Virus record (IMG/VR): IMGVR_UViG_3300008448_000004
Span: 1-64,000 of that record
Source: a virus
DNA length: 64,000 nucleotides
Direction: 5' to 3' (one strand)
Within the stretch, counting starts at the first letter, position 1. Every line of letters starts with the position of its first letter. A program made the translations under genes and the position numbers. Positions 10,435-20,368 of the stretch are shown here, in pieces. Under the pieces are notes generated by a model. It was not told the DNA's origin. It searched no databases and worked only from the letters and a program-made list of their open reading frames with translations.

Positions 10435-13400
10435 TTAAATGAGTCCTTGACTTTTTAAAGATTTTATCACATTTCCTGCATTTTTCCTAACAGCTTCTTG
10501 TATATACTGCGGGTAAACTACTCCATTTTCTACGAGAGCCGGATTAATTGGATTGTATCTTAATATAAGATTTGTCTCATCCGGTATATGTTTAGCGATA
10601 ATATACTTGCATATTGTACCATCTGTAGTCGCGGTTGGCTGAGTTGTTAAGATGTTGCGGTTAATCGATCTATCTAATACAGCATAGAATCTTTGATTTG
10701 TTATGTTGCCTCCTACGGAACCTGAGAAGAAGGTTGTTACTATTCTATATTCTTCTTGCTCTGACCATCCTAGTGAAGAACTATAGAAGTGTATAGCATC
10801 ACCGGGAGCTAGAGTGAACGGTAGTTCTACTGGTTCAATAGGGGAAGTTGATGTAGCCGGGTCACTTGAGTCGTTAAATAGTATTTCTATCCCGTTATAT
10901 AGGGTATTTGAAATAAATTCTGAAAATTCTATTAGTCTGTTCGAATATGAGGGTTGCTCAGGTGATGTACCGGGATAGTTTAGACATACTTGAAGGTCTC
11001 TACCGGTACTTTCGTAGGTGACAAACTCAATAGGTGGTATATCTCCGCAACTATTACAGGTACCTGCTGCTGTATAAGTCACTCCGCCTCCGTTTGATGG
11101 TATAGATTGTAGCGGATGTAAACATATTGTAGTACGTCCAACCGGTAGAGTGTGGCTTGTTACGCTAGAATCACAGTAGCCTCTATAAGCTACTACCACC
11201 GGCGCTCCGGAAGCATTGTTGACGTTTACTGAATCACCTAACGGGTATCCAGCTGATATACCGGCGGCGAAGAACTGTATATAGCCTCCGGCGGTACTTG
11301 GTGAACATTGGAAACAATCACACTCGGTAAATATTTGTATATTTTGCGTAGTTGAGGTAGTACTTCCTAGGAAGGTAAATGGACCGTATGTTGAGTACGC
11401 GTCTAGATCTAAGTAAGAGTAACACATATAGCTATTTAGCCATCTATGCTGTATTCTAACGTATACTGATAAAGCACAGGTTGTTGGTAGGTCAGCAGCT
11501 CCGCCAGGACCTATGTATTGTACGTTTTGTATAATTAAAACTTTACCTACGTTAGGTATGGTCTGTGTTGTATAGTTTGCTATATAGTTTGCAGGATTTG
11601 ACCATCTTGCGTAGTTACCCTCCGTTGTACAGTCTACAGGCGTACCTCCTCCTCCTTGTCCGGGTATTAGTGTTACTGTACGTTGAGGTTGAGAATAACT
11701 CCAGCTAAAAGCTGTAGCAGTGCCGGCTATATTATGTAATATGGGCAGGTACCTATAACCTCCTTCGTAGAGTTGTATTTGCTTATTTGATAGTACCGTG
11801 GTTGACTGGTCTGTGTAGTCGAATAGTGAGATATTTACAGTCTCTCCTCCTTTATATAAGTTTTGTACCTCAAAAATATTATTATTTTCTTTAGTTAGAT
11901 CTAATACATTTTCGGTGTTATCTAGAAGATATTTTATTTGTGCATTACTTCTAGAGGGAAGTGTTAAGGATGCTGTGTATATATCTACTAGATAGGCGTA
12001 TTGATTTCTAATCTTGTCAATCGCTGCGGTTTTTCCATATGAAGAATCTCCTACAGAGTAAGTACTGTATAGTCTACTGATAGTTTTAGATCCTTCGTAT
12101 CTAGGAATAGTATATACTTTTGATTCGTAATTTGAATCTTGTATCTGTGCCCAAGGAACATAAGGACTACCGTATTGAGGATTATCAATAGATACTTCGT
12201 ACATGGACTGTGTTACTAATCCGTAGTTAACAGGAAGTACTTGGTTATAAGTGTAGTCTAGATCGTAGAACTGTGTAGAGCGTCTACTTTCGGTTACATT
12301 ATTGAAAAGAGGATCTAATGAATATGTTACGTAATACCAGCTTTCTCTATTTACAGATAGGCTTTCGGTGTTTATAGGAACTACGTTAGACACTTCTGTT
12401 TGTTCAAAAACAATCGGTGAATTATGAGGCATAGCTTCAAAACTAGAGCCTTGGTACTCTCCTGTAAATTGAGCTAAGTGATTAGGTTGGTACTTAGTTG
12501 TAGAACCGCTAGGAGTCATTATAGACATACTGTAAGCCGTTTCATACTCTACACCTTGCGGTACGCTAGCTGTTATAAAAGCTGTATCAATAGAGCCGGT
12601 ATATTCGTATCGAATAAGGTCCGGTTCGTGACGAGGATATTTAGGTCTCTCTAATATGTGAGGCTTTATGACTACCCCTGTTGATAGATTAGCTCTAGCA
12701 GGAGTAAAATCCTTTATCATCTTAAAGAGTGAATTGTCAATATACTTAAGTAATCTAACAAAATCAAAAAAGTTAAAACTTTTTAAATATTTCTCAAAGT
12801 ATAATTTCTGTAAATTATCTAAATCTCGATAACGAATCGTATACCTGTCTGTAGGCTTTCCAATATATTCATCTATATCAAACTTACCTAGTTGATCTAT
12901 AATATCTTCATCGATGAGATCCGTAGGAGAGAAAGCTACTTCTAGCTGTGGGCTAGATATCACTCTATCAGTATCAAATCTCTGGAGTGTTACGGCTGTA
13001 TCAAGTAATCTCTCAACTGCATAACTTCCAGTAATAGTTTCTTCAATTATAACTTTATTGTTTACCTTTTGAGAAATTCCTACAGTAGGGCTTGTAATAA
13101 GATCTGTAAATTCTTGAGGTATAAAATTTCTATAATTATCGGCAGAGAATAAACCGTAGCCGTATAATGGCCCGTTAAAAAAGGATTTTATGTCTACTAC
13201 CGTCTGTCCTGTTTCAGGTATATAAAAAGTACCGGATACTGCGGGGTGTATTGTATCTACAACTGCGTTAGGATCTATTGTGCTAACGTCGAGGAGGTAT
13301 AGGTCATAGTCTTTAGCATTTAGTTCATTATTGTTTTCGTCTAGGTACGGTACTGTTAGGTTGTTTCCTAAAGGAGCTCTAAAAATAAGATTAAATAGAG

Positions 13401-15945
13401 ATCCAGTTGCGTAGTCTAAAGAGTAGTCTGCAGAATTGAGTACGTGGCGGTCAAATACACTTTCCGGAATAGGTGATGTCCAGTATCTAAATTCTTGAAA
13501 ATATCCGTTAAAGTTTCGATCGTTAGGAGATATAACGCTGTTATTATTTGCACCTCCTAAGTAAGCCACAAAAGATGTTGCTTTAGAAGCATTAAAGGAA
13601 TTCCAAGAAGTATTATAGCTTGTTTGAGATGCTCCATTTATACTAATACTGGCAGAGCCTTGAAAGCCGACTCTGCTAATTCCTTCTTCGTTAAAATATG
13701 CATTTTTAACATAGACGGTATACTTGTTGTTAGCGGAAGGTGTAGCAGCTATACTACCGGTTTCGCGTTGTAGAAGAACAGTCCACCATTTTTCGTTATC
13801 AAAGAACGGTAAGTAGATTGGAGTAGTTTCTAGTACTCCGCTTCCTCCGTTTAGATAGAATGTTAGATAGCCGTAGTTTTCATAAGAGCTTGTTACAGTT
13901 GCTTTAGGAACTGTTGTAGATGGGTCGTAATGTAATCCTAATCCGAACTGTAAGTTAGCATCGCTTCCTACTTGAAATAAGGATTGCTCATAATATCCTG
14001 CTTCAGGTACTCCTTTTGTTTTAAACCTAAACTCTATTGCATCAGGTACAATATTTGCATTACCTGTTTTTAAGAAAGTATAGTAAGAAGGAGCCCAGGG
14101 AAATGCTATACTACTTGTAAAGTCGTTACTGTAAGCAAGGCTAAATCTATTTTCTTTATAACCACTGTATATACTATTTTTTATTACACCTCCGTATTCG
14201 TTAATTCTTAAAATAGTATCTGGAAGACCGTAGCAGTTGATAAGTGCGCGTAGGCCTCGTTCTGTTCCTTTGGTTTTTAAGAGATAAGGAAGGTTATGGT
14301 AGATTCTTTTATAATACTCTAGCGTTATATCCTCTGCTGCCATAGTGCTTTCTGAAGATGTAACGTAGTATTGTATTACTTCAGATCCTGTGGGCGGTAG
14401 TAGAGAACCGTCTGCGTTAAATCCTAAAATAGAATAGTAGACGTTATCTGAAATGTTGGTGTTGGTGTATAGGTTTATTCCTAAACCTTTAAGGGTGTTA
14501 GCTATCAGGTCTTTCGATATACCTCGAGTTAAGCTGTTGTTTGCATTAAACTTCTGCGTTACATCTTTTAAGTATATCCAGATATTGTCAAAATGTTGGC
14601 CTACCATATCTAGGAACGTCTCATAAGGTAGGTTATCGGAATCATCTCTGAGGTATGTAGGTATTGTATTTAAGAATAAATCTTTATTCTCATTATCATA
14701 CCTTGAAGCACTGTAGAGTATAGATAGTGAAGTAGCTGTCGGACTGTTGCTTGGAGCTCCTAGCCAATTAATTGCTTGTGAGCTTGTAACAGAGTATAGT
14801 TCGTATATTTTTTCAGAAGTATATTTAGGCCAGGTTGTTGATCCGGATTCATAGTAAAGGTAATATTCATAGCCGTCGAACTTCTCGATTATGTTATTTA
14901 TCTTAGACTGTATTACTTCTTTAGTACTTCCTAATATAGCCGTATTAGCGGTTGCTACTACGTTATTGTCTAAATTATAGAGATCTGCTGAATAGCTTTC
15001 AATAAGCTGTAGCTTGTATTTAAAATTATAAAGTCTCTCAGTTACAGAAGAAAAATGAGCAAAATTTTCAAATTGAGAATAGTCTACATTTATCTCTACA
15101 CCTTTTTCTTCTAATAAACTTTTTATTTGCTGGTAGGAAGAAGATATCGGAGCAGAGAATAAAGTTTCATACGAATATTCTTGAACGGTTTGATTGATTC
15201 TTTCGTTTACAGCTACTGAGAGGTTCGGACCTCTTAGCCTTAATGTTGTATCTGGTGCAGCTTCTTCAAAAACTTGTATGTTAACTGCAAAGCTTGCAGG
15301 CTCACTCAATTTCTCTACAAACCAGAAAGTGCTTTTATCTTCTAAGGCAAACGGTAGAGGTTCGTAGAGTTTTACATATAGTACAACATCATCATCAGTA
15401 TCTACTGCTGCTGCGAGATTAACTCCTATTAGAGTTATATTATTTCCAAAATTTAATAGAAAATCAGAAAAGTAAGCTCTTGTTGATGTCTTTATTTGAT
15501 AATCAGCAAATAGATTAAGTATCTCCTCAGAACCTAAATTTTGACTACTTACTTTAAGCTCGGTTCTATCTGTTGAAATTTCTTTTATCCAGTATGGACT
15601 AGCTTGATTACTTCCTAGTATGGTTGTAAAGAAGTTATAGGTTACCGTAGCGGTACCACGAGTTATACCTGCATTAGAGAGATCTCTTTTAGGATCTAAA
15701 TCTAAAGTAAAGGTAGTATCTTGAGCTGGGTTGTTGCCGGAAGGGTCTGGTTTATAGTCTAAACTGTTAAGGTTGCTAAAGATTAGTTTATTGTTTAAAT
15801 CATAGATGTGATATTCAATATAATCTTCAGGATTACCAAACTGAGTACTTACTTTGAACTGCTGTATTAGGTTCAAATCTTTTGAGCTATACTCTTGGAA
15901 CTCCTGTGGGTTATCTATGGAATTTATCGTAATCTTTTCGCTCAT
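10435..15945 (-). CDS. Large baseplate/tail protein, probably with a LamG-like domain and a Cys-rich variable region near the C-terminus
   Basis: 1836 aa ORF downstream of the gp25/gp6-like genes. KTKGTERGLRALINCYG is wedge-like. DAIEFRFKT...WWTVLLQR is concanavalin/LamG-like. Confidence 0.6.
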   Translation of the reverse strand: MSEKITINSIDNPQEFQEYSSKDLNLIQQFKVSTQFGNPEDYIEYHIYDLNNKLIFSNLNSLDYKPDPSGNNPAQDTTFTLDLDPKRDLSNAGITRGTATVTYNFFTTILGSNQASPYWIKEISTDRTELKVSSQNLGSEEILNLFADYQIKTSTRAYFSDFLLNFGNNITLIGVNLAAAVDTDDDVVLYVKLYEPLPFALEDKSTFWFVEKLSEPASFAVNIQVFEEAAPDTTLRLRGPNLSVAVNERINQTVQEYSYETLFSAPISSSYQQIKSLLEEKGVEINVDYSQFENFAHFSSVTERLYNFKYKLQLIESYSADLYNLDNNVVATANTAILGSTKEVIQSKINNIIEKFDGYEYYLYYESGSTTWPKYTSEKIYELYSVTSSQAINWLGAPSNSPTATSLSILYSASRYDNENKDLFLNTIPTYLRDDSDNLPYETFLDMVGQHFDNIWIYLKDVTQKFNANNSLTRGISKDLIANTLKGLGINLYTNTNISDNVYYSILGFNADGSLLPPTGSEVIQYYVTSSESTMAAEDITLEYYKRIYHNLPYLLKTKGTERGLRALINCYGLPDTILRINEYGGVIKNSIYSGYKENRFSLAYSNDFTSSIAFPWAPSYYTFLKTGNANIVPDAIEFRFKTKGVPEAGYYEQSLFQVGSDANLQFGLGLHYDPSTTVPKATVTSSYENYGYLTFYLNGGSGVLETTPIYLPFFDNEKWWTVLLQRETGSIAATPSANNKYTVYVKNAYFNEEGISRVGFQGSASISINGASQTSYNTSWNSFNASKATSFVAYLGGANNNSVISPNDRNFNGYFQEFRYWTSPIPESVFDRHVLNSADYSLDYATGSLFNLIFRAPLGNNLTVPYLDENNNELNAKDYDLYLLDVSTIDPNAVVDTIHPAVSGTFYIPETGQTVVDIKSFFNGPLYGYGLFSADNYRNFIPQEFTDLITSPTVGISQKVNNKVIIEETITGSYAVERLLDTAVTLQRFDTDRVISSPQLEVAFSPTDLIDEDIIDQLGKFDIDEYIGKPTDRYTIRYRDLDNLQKLYFEKYLKSFNFFDFVRLLKYIDNSLFKMIKDFTPARANLSTGVVIKPHILERPKYPRHEPDLIRYEYTGSIDTAFITASVPQGVEYETAYSMSIMTPSGSTTKYQPNHLAQFTGEYQGSSFEAMPHNSPIVFEQTEVSNVVPINTESLSVNRESWYYVTYSLDPLFNNVTESRRSTQFYDLDYTYNQVLPVNYGLVTQSMYEVSIDNPQYGSPYVPWAQIQDSNYESKVYTIPRYEGSKTISRLYSTYSVGDSSYGKTAAIDKIRNQYAYLVDIYTASLTLPSRSNAQIKYLLDNTENVLDLTKENNNIFEVQNLYKGGETVNISLFDYTDQSTTVLSNKQIQLYEGGYRYLPILHNIAGTATAFSWSYSQPQRTVTLIPGQGGGGTPVDCTTEGNYARWSNPANYIANYTTQTIPNVGKVLIIQNVQYIGPGGAADLPTTCALSVYVRIQHRWLNSYMCYSYLDLDAYSTYGPFTFLGSTTSTTQNIQIFTECDCFQCSPSTAGGYIQFFAAGISAGYPLGDSVNVNNASGAPVVVAYRGYCDSSVTSHTLPVGRTTICLHPLQSIPSNGGGVTYTAAGTCNSCGDIPPIEFVTYESTGRDLQVCLNYPGTSPEQPSYSNRLIEFSEFISNTLYNGIEILFNDSSDPATSTSPIEPVELPFTLAPGDAIHFYSSSLGWSEQEEYRIVTTFFSGSVGGNITNQRFYAVLDRSINRNILTTQPTATTDGTICKYIIAKHIPDETNLILRYNPINPALVENGVVYPQYIQEAVRKNAGNVIKSLKSQGLI

Positions 15946-16283
15946 TATGTCAGTTTACTTATATCTACTAAAGTTTGATTCGATTCAAGAAGCTGTTGTT
16001 TAAGAGTGTTAATCTCTTCTAACAACGCTCTTTCGTTGTCGCTAATTATATCTCCGCCAATATATTCACCGCTAGTCTTTACTAGGTATTCATGCGAATT
16101 AATTTCTCCGGTAACTGGTATTTGAAAAAATAGCTGTTCATAAAGTTGAAAGAATTTCTCCACTGTTACTTCTTCCTCCACTGGAGCGGAAGGCTTTATT
16201 AGTTGTGTGAATTGAGTATCTACTACTTTAGGGTAGGTACTCGCACCTAATACTTGCCTAATTAATTCGACTTTTTCGCTCAT
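15945..16283 (-). CDS. Hypothetical protein (baseplate cluster)
   Basis: 112 aa ORF, translationally coupled to its neighbours. Confidence 0.7.
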   Translation of the reverse strand: MSEKVELIRQVLGASTYPKVVDTQFTQLIKPSAPVEEEVTVEKFFQLYEQLFFQIPVTGEINSHEYLVKTSGEYIGGDIISDNERALLEEINTLKQQLLESNQTLVDISKLT

Positions 16284-17548
16284 TATCTTTCAATTTTAAA
16301 AACTAAGTCGTTATCAACTATAACCTCCTGATACGGTAGCTCGTCTAATTCAACGTCAGTATAGGTATTTAGTGCATCATATATCGCATCTTCACTATCA
16401 AATAAGGAAAGAGGTCCGAAAGATGTATAATAGATTCTAGCCTTAATTAATATCTTATAGAATCTCTCCGGTTGTAGTCCATTTGCATATAGGTTAAAAT
16501 AGTTGCCGTAGTAGTCAGCACTTACCTTTGTATACTCTGTATCAAAGTCTATAACCATCTCTTCAGTCTTATAGTCTTGAATAGCCCAGTATGTTTTTTC
16601 CGGTAAGTACTTCCAGTTTAAATACACTGAAGAGGTTGTGAATTGTCGTGTAGGGTACTTATCTCTTGCTTTAAGTCTGAAAGAGTATATTGATCCTTCT
16701 TTGTATTTTCCTACGTTGTTTTCACATAGAAGAACAAAGTCATTAGTTATAACATATCTGGTATTAGAAGGGCTTAGATTATAGTGAGAATCATCCCATT
16801 TAAACTCTATACATGGTGGGTAGATTGTATGGGTATCCATAGAGAAAAACTTAAGATCTATAAAAGATCCGGTGTTCAATTCTATAGAACCGGAATGTTT
16901 AACGATAAGTCCGTAATTGACAGATCCGGAAAACCATTGATCTACTATATCAGTAACATCTAAATTAACATCCTTGTTGCTAGTGTAGCTAAAAGACTGT
17001 GTTGTCAAGTAGTTGTCATTCCAAGAACCGCCGCCTGTAATAAAGAGGTATGACATATCTCCAAGAGAGGCTGTCCATCTAGGACTGTTATTAACTTGAC
17101 CTGTATAAATCCACGAAGTACCTGTAGTGTTGTAAGGGTAGTCTGCAAACTTACCTGTTCCCATATCCCAGCTTTGAGTTACAGGGTAACATTCTAGGCT
17201 ATAATCTTCAGATAAATTTTGAGCAAAAGCTAGATACATCCTCAAGTTAGCTTGAAATGAACTACTGTTGAGGTTTTTTAGTACTGAAATATCTCCTGAT
17301 GAGAAGGATATTAATGATCTACTGATGTCTTCGTAAGGAGTAGGTAATGTTGTATTATAATATTCGTTGTATGCGAAATCATAATTATAATAGGGGGAAG
17401 TTTCTATTGGTACTTTACCGGTATATCTCAAGTAGTCTTGAGAGTTTTTTACAGATACTTCCAATACTTCATCCCTACCTGTATTTTTTAAAGGTGTTCT
17501 TGAATATAGTGTTGCATCTTTATTTGGAAATATTTTATATACCGCCAT
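16283..17548 (-). CDS. Putative structural protein, possibly DNRLRE-like beta-sandwich N-terminus
   Basis: 421 aa ORF starting MAVYKIFPNKDATLYS...NTGRDEVLEV, in the baseplate cluster. Confidence 0.55.
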   Translation of the reverse strand: MAVYKIFPNKDATLYSRTPLKNTGRDEVLEVSVKNSQDYLRYTGKVPIETSPYYNYDFAYNEYYNTTLPTPYEDISRSLISFSSGDISVLKNLNSSSFQANLRMYLAFAQNLSEDYSLECYPVTQSWDMGTGKFADYPYNTTGTSWIYTGQVNNSPRWTASLGDMSYLFITGGGSWNDNYLTTQSFSYTSNKDVNLDVTDIVDQWFSGSVNYGLIVKHSGSIELNTGSFIDLKFFSMDTHTIYPPCIEFKWDDSHYNLSPSNTRYVITNDFVLLCENNVGKYKEGSIYSFRLKARDKYPTRQFTTSSVYLNWKYLPEKTYWAIQDYKTEEMVIDFDTEYTKVSADYYGNYFNLYANGLQPERFYKILIKARIYYTSFGPLSLFDSEDAIYDALNTYTDVELDELPYQEVIVDNDLVFKIER

Positions 17549-17569
17549 TGGATTAAGTTATATATTATT

Positions 17570-19453
17570 TTAAAAAGTTACAACTTTACCTTTTATATCT
17601 CTATCTGGGAATTTGACTTCGAAGATAGAGGGATCTAAAGAAGGGTATACAACTCCGTTTAAAGTAGCTGATGAAATATCGTAAGCATATGGAGAGTAAT
17701 CTCCTTCGTACTTATTCACAATCTCTACATTACGGACTGTTTGTACTCCCTGTACCTGGTCTATAACGTTATAAATATCAGAAAGTATTAAGGGTTGATT
17801 TATTTCCCATCTCTGAATATCGAAGTAAGCTTTTAGTTTAGTAATTGCTTCTGCGATAACTTCACGTCCTGCGTAGTTAGGTCTTAAAACTACCTCAAAG
17901 TTTACACCGATATTGACTATAAAGGCATCTCGTATATAAATCGTATCTGTAAGCATTCTATACTGAGTCAGATAGGTTTTAAGATTTTCTTTTAAGCTTA
18001 AAAGCGGTTGATCTAAATTTCCATCTGCGTCGTATCCTAATACGTAGATTGTAGCAGTATATGGATCTATAACTCCGGGTTGTTCTTGTAGTATGTTTTT
18101 AAATACTGCACTGTCTTTTGTAATATAGGCTTTAGCTATTTTACCGAATTGAGAAGGCATACTATAGGCATGAGCAATATAGTCTTGCTGAGTAACAGCG
18201 CGTAGCTGAGTTGGATACTGTAGTAGTGTGTTTAGTTTTATTTCTTCAACGGTATCACCGTCTCCACCTCCTGCTGCAGGTAGAGGGTTATTAACACTAA
18301 CTGAGTTCTGAATGATCTGTGCTAGATTATTATCTGTCGGTACTCCGACATAGAAGTTAGAGTTTAAGGTAGTTATGCTATTCAAAGAATTAGCAGGAAC
18401 ATTTGCTGATGCGCCGCCTCCTACTAGGTAGGTAACGGTTAAAGTTGTATTAGAGGGAGCAAGTCCGTAAGTGTAGGTTGTTGTAAAATTTGTAGGGTCG
18501 TAAGCTGTATTTAGTTTTGTTAAGCCGTCTAAAAGTCCTATTCCTGCTTTATTAGGATTAGGTATTACTGCTTCATCAGCTACTAAGTTTATACCTGGTC
18601 CGAATTGTAATTCGACTTTACTATCTGTTGTTATTCTACTTACAAAACGTCTGGGTACTTTTCTTACTTGTAAGAAGTACGGTACTTGTTCTGTATCGTT
18701 TCTATACTCTGGAACAGCTCCTTCTAAGTTAGCGACAGATTCTAAAATCGTATCTTGGGCTAAATAAGGGACTTCATACCATGTGTTATTATCACTATCT
18801 ACTACGCTTATCACCTGTATTACGTCAGAGTCTGTAATCGTTACTGTTGAAAACTTAACGGGTTCTGTGAATGTAAAAGTAGCAGTCTTAAGTGTACCGG
18901 ATAAAGCTTGAGTAGTCTTTTTGAGAAGGTAGTATTGAGGGTTACCGAATCCGTCTGTTGAATATACTGTAACCTCTGTAGGAGATGTTGAGCTTGATAC
19001 GGTAAAGTTAATTGACTGTGGTACGTAGAAATTAGTGGTGAGACCTGTATTACCGTTTATCTGCATTCCATCTTCGATTGTTAGACTGTAGTCGTAATCG
19101 GGGACATATACTCCGGAACCTGGTGAGTTTTCTTTAGATGGTAGAAGTTGATATACATCTAGATCAACGGTTGCTGCTGAGGTTAATTTTGGTTTATATC
19201 CTAGCATGTAAGCTAAGGCGTATACGTTAGATGGTTGTTTTGCATACTGTAGGAATGTTTCCTGTATCTGATTATCCAAATAAAAGGAGAGTACATCACC
19301 TACATAAGAAGCCATTTCAATAAACATACTACCAGGTGAAGCAGTTGTAAAGTCGTTATAGACTGTAGGGTAGTACGCTTTAGCATACTCGATTAAAGCT
19401 GCTTTAAAATCGGTGTAGTCTTTATTAAGATATTTTATATCTACGTTAGCCAT
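17570..19453 (-). CDS. Baseplate wedge subunit (T4 gp6 / baseplate-J-like)
   Basis: N-terminus KDYTDFKAALIEYAKAYYP...YNDF...SPGSMFIEMASYVGDVLSFYLD and the later RAVTQQDY motif are typical of gp6; adjacent to a gp25-like gene. Confidence 0.85.
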   Translation of the reverse strand: MANVDIKYLNKDYTDFKAALIEYAKAYYPTVYNDFTTASPGSMFIEMASYVGDVLSFYLDNQIQETFLQYAKQPSNVYALAYMLGYKPKLTSAATVDLDVYQLLPSKENSPGSGVYVPDYDYSLTIEDGMQINGNTGLTTNFYVPQSINFTVSSSTSPTEVTVYSTDGFGNPQYYLLKKTTQALSGTLKTATFTFTEPVKFSTVTITDSDVIQVISVVDSDNNTWYEVPYLAQDTILESVANLEGAVPEYRNDTEQVPYFLQVRKVPRRFVSRITTDSKVELQFGPGINLVADEAVIPNPNKAGIGLLDGLTKLNTAYDPTNFTTTYTYGLAPSNTTLTVTYLVGGGASANVPANSLNSITTLNSNFYVGVPTDNNLAQIIQNSVSVNNPLPAAGGGDGDTVEEIKLNTLLQYPTQLRAVTQQDYIAHAYSMPSQFGKIAKAYITKDSAVFKNILQEQPGVIDPYTATIYVLGYDADGNLDQPLLSLKENLKTYLTQYRMLTDTIYIRDAFIVNIGVNFEVVLRPNYAGREVIAEAITKLKAYFDIQRWEINQPLILSDIYNVIDQVQGVQTVRNVEIVNKYEGDYSPYAYDISSATLNGVVYPSLDPSIFEVKFPDRDIKGKVVTF

Positions 19454-19859
19454 TCTGCAAGTTTATAGTAATTTGATCTTCTTGATTTGTATTCAAAACT
19501 TTATAGCTTAACGTAACATTTACCGTATTTGTATCAGGTGAAGGAAGTATTTTTAAGTCTGTTATTTCTACTTGTGGAAAATAATTTTCAATTCCCGTAG
19601 TAATTAGATCTTGTAAACTCTCCTTAAATACTTCTGTTTGTTGATCGAAAAGTTTTCTTCGAAGTCCTAATCCGAACTCAGGTTCAAACACTCGTTCGCC
19701 TGGTTCGGTTAATATGTAGTTTATGAGGTTATATTGTAGCTGTTCTTGAGTTGTATAGACTGTTCTAAAAGCGGAAGGGTAGACGAATGGAATAGCCACT
19801 CCTACCCCTGTGCTTGCTCGTAGGTCTAATACGTTTATATTTTGTTCTCTATAAGCCAC
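19446..19859 (-). CDS. Baseplate wedge subunit (T4 gp25/GPW-like)
   Basis: NLINYILTEPGERVFEPEFGLGLRRKLFD is the gp25-family signature. Confidence 0.9.
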   Translation of the reverse strand: MAYREQNINVLDLRASTGVGVAIPFVYPSAFRTVYTTQEQLQYNLINYILTEPGERVFEPEFGLGLRRKLFDQQTEVFKESLQDLITTGIENYFPQVEITDLKILPSPDTNTVNVTLSYKVLNTNQEDQITINLQNG

Positions 19860-19860
19860 T

Positions 19861-20340
19861 TTATAAATTCATTTTTTTCATTAGATGAGAAAAGTCTGGG
19901 ACGGTTGTAATCTCTACGGATTCTTCTTTACTTCCTCTTCTGGCTGTATTTAGCATAGCATCTACGCTACCTACCGGTTCTGGGGCAGGTATTATACTGC
20001 TTTCGCCGAACATAGACATATTAGCGGTATTAGCGCTAAGTATCGATCTATACTCTTGTGATTCTGGCATGTTTAGATTTTTCATCATTTCAAGCCTTGT
20101 TTCTTCGAGGATACTAGAAGCACCACTATTTGCAGACGGTGTTACAGGTGCTGCAATTCCGTTACTAAGCGGTGTGGCTGTTTGCTGAAAAGAAGAGGTT
20201 TGCCCGGAAGGTTTGCTCTTTATTACTTCTAGTAATATGGGTACCATTTCTTCTCTAACGGCATTTTTAACTTCTTCTCTAATAAGTTTTCTTAAAACTT
20301 CTAAAGAATTCGGTTTTTTAGATGTAGTCTTTTGGTTCAT
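19861..20340 (-). CDS. Hypothetical late protein, possible internal head protein
   Basis: 159 aa with LRKLIREEVKNAVREE near the N-terminus; TATTTATA motif upstream at 20345-20352. Confidence 0.65.
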   Translation of the reverse strand: MNQKTTSKKPNSLEVLRKLIREEVKNAVREEMVPILLEVIKSKPSGQTSSFQQTATPLSNGIAAPVTPSANSGASSILEETRLEMMKNLNMPESQEYRSILSANTANMSMFGESSIIPAPEPVGSVDAMLNTARRGSKEESVEITTVPDFSHLMKKMNL

Positions 20341-20344
20341 ATGT

Positions 20345-20352
20345 TATAAATA
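20345..20352 (-). promoter_or_regulatory. Putative late promoter ATATTTATA
   Basis: Just upstream of 19861..20340 and the gp25/gp6 operon. Confidence 0.65.
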
Positions 20353-20368
20353 TTTGAGATACTTAAAT

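Noticed and set aside
10435-15945. Diversity-generating retroelement target in the variable C-terminal region
   Set aside because: No reverse transcriptase and no template/variable repeat pair differing at adenines were seen in the window.
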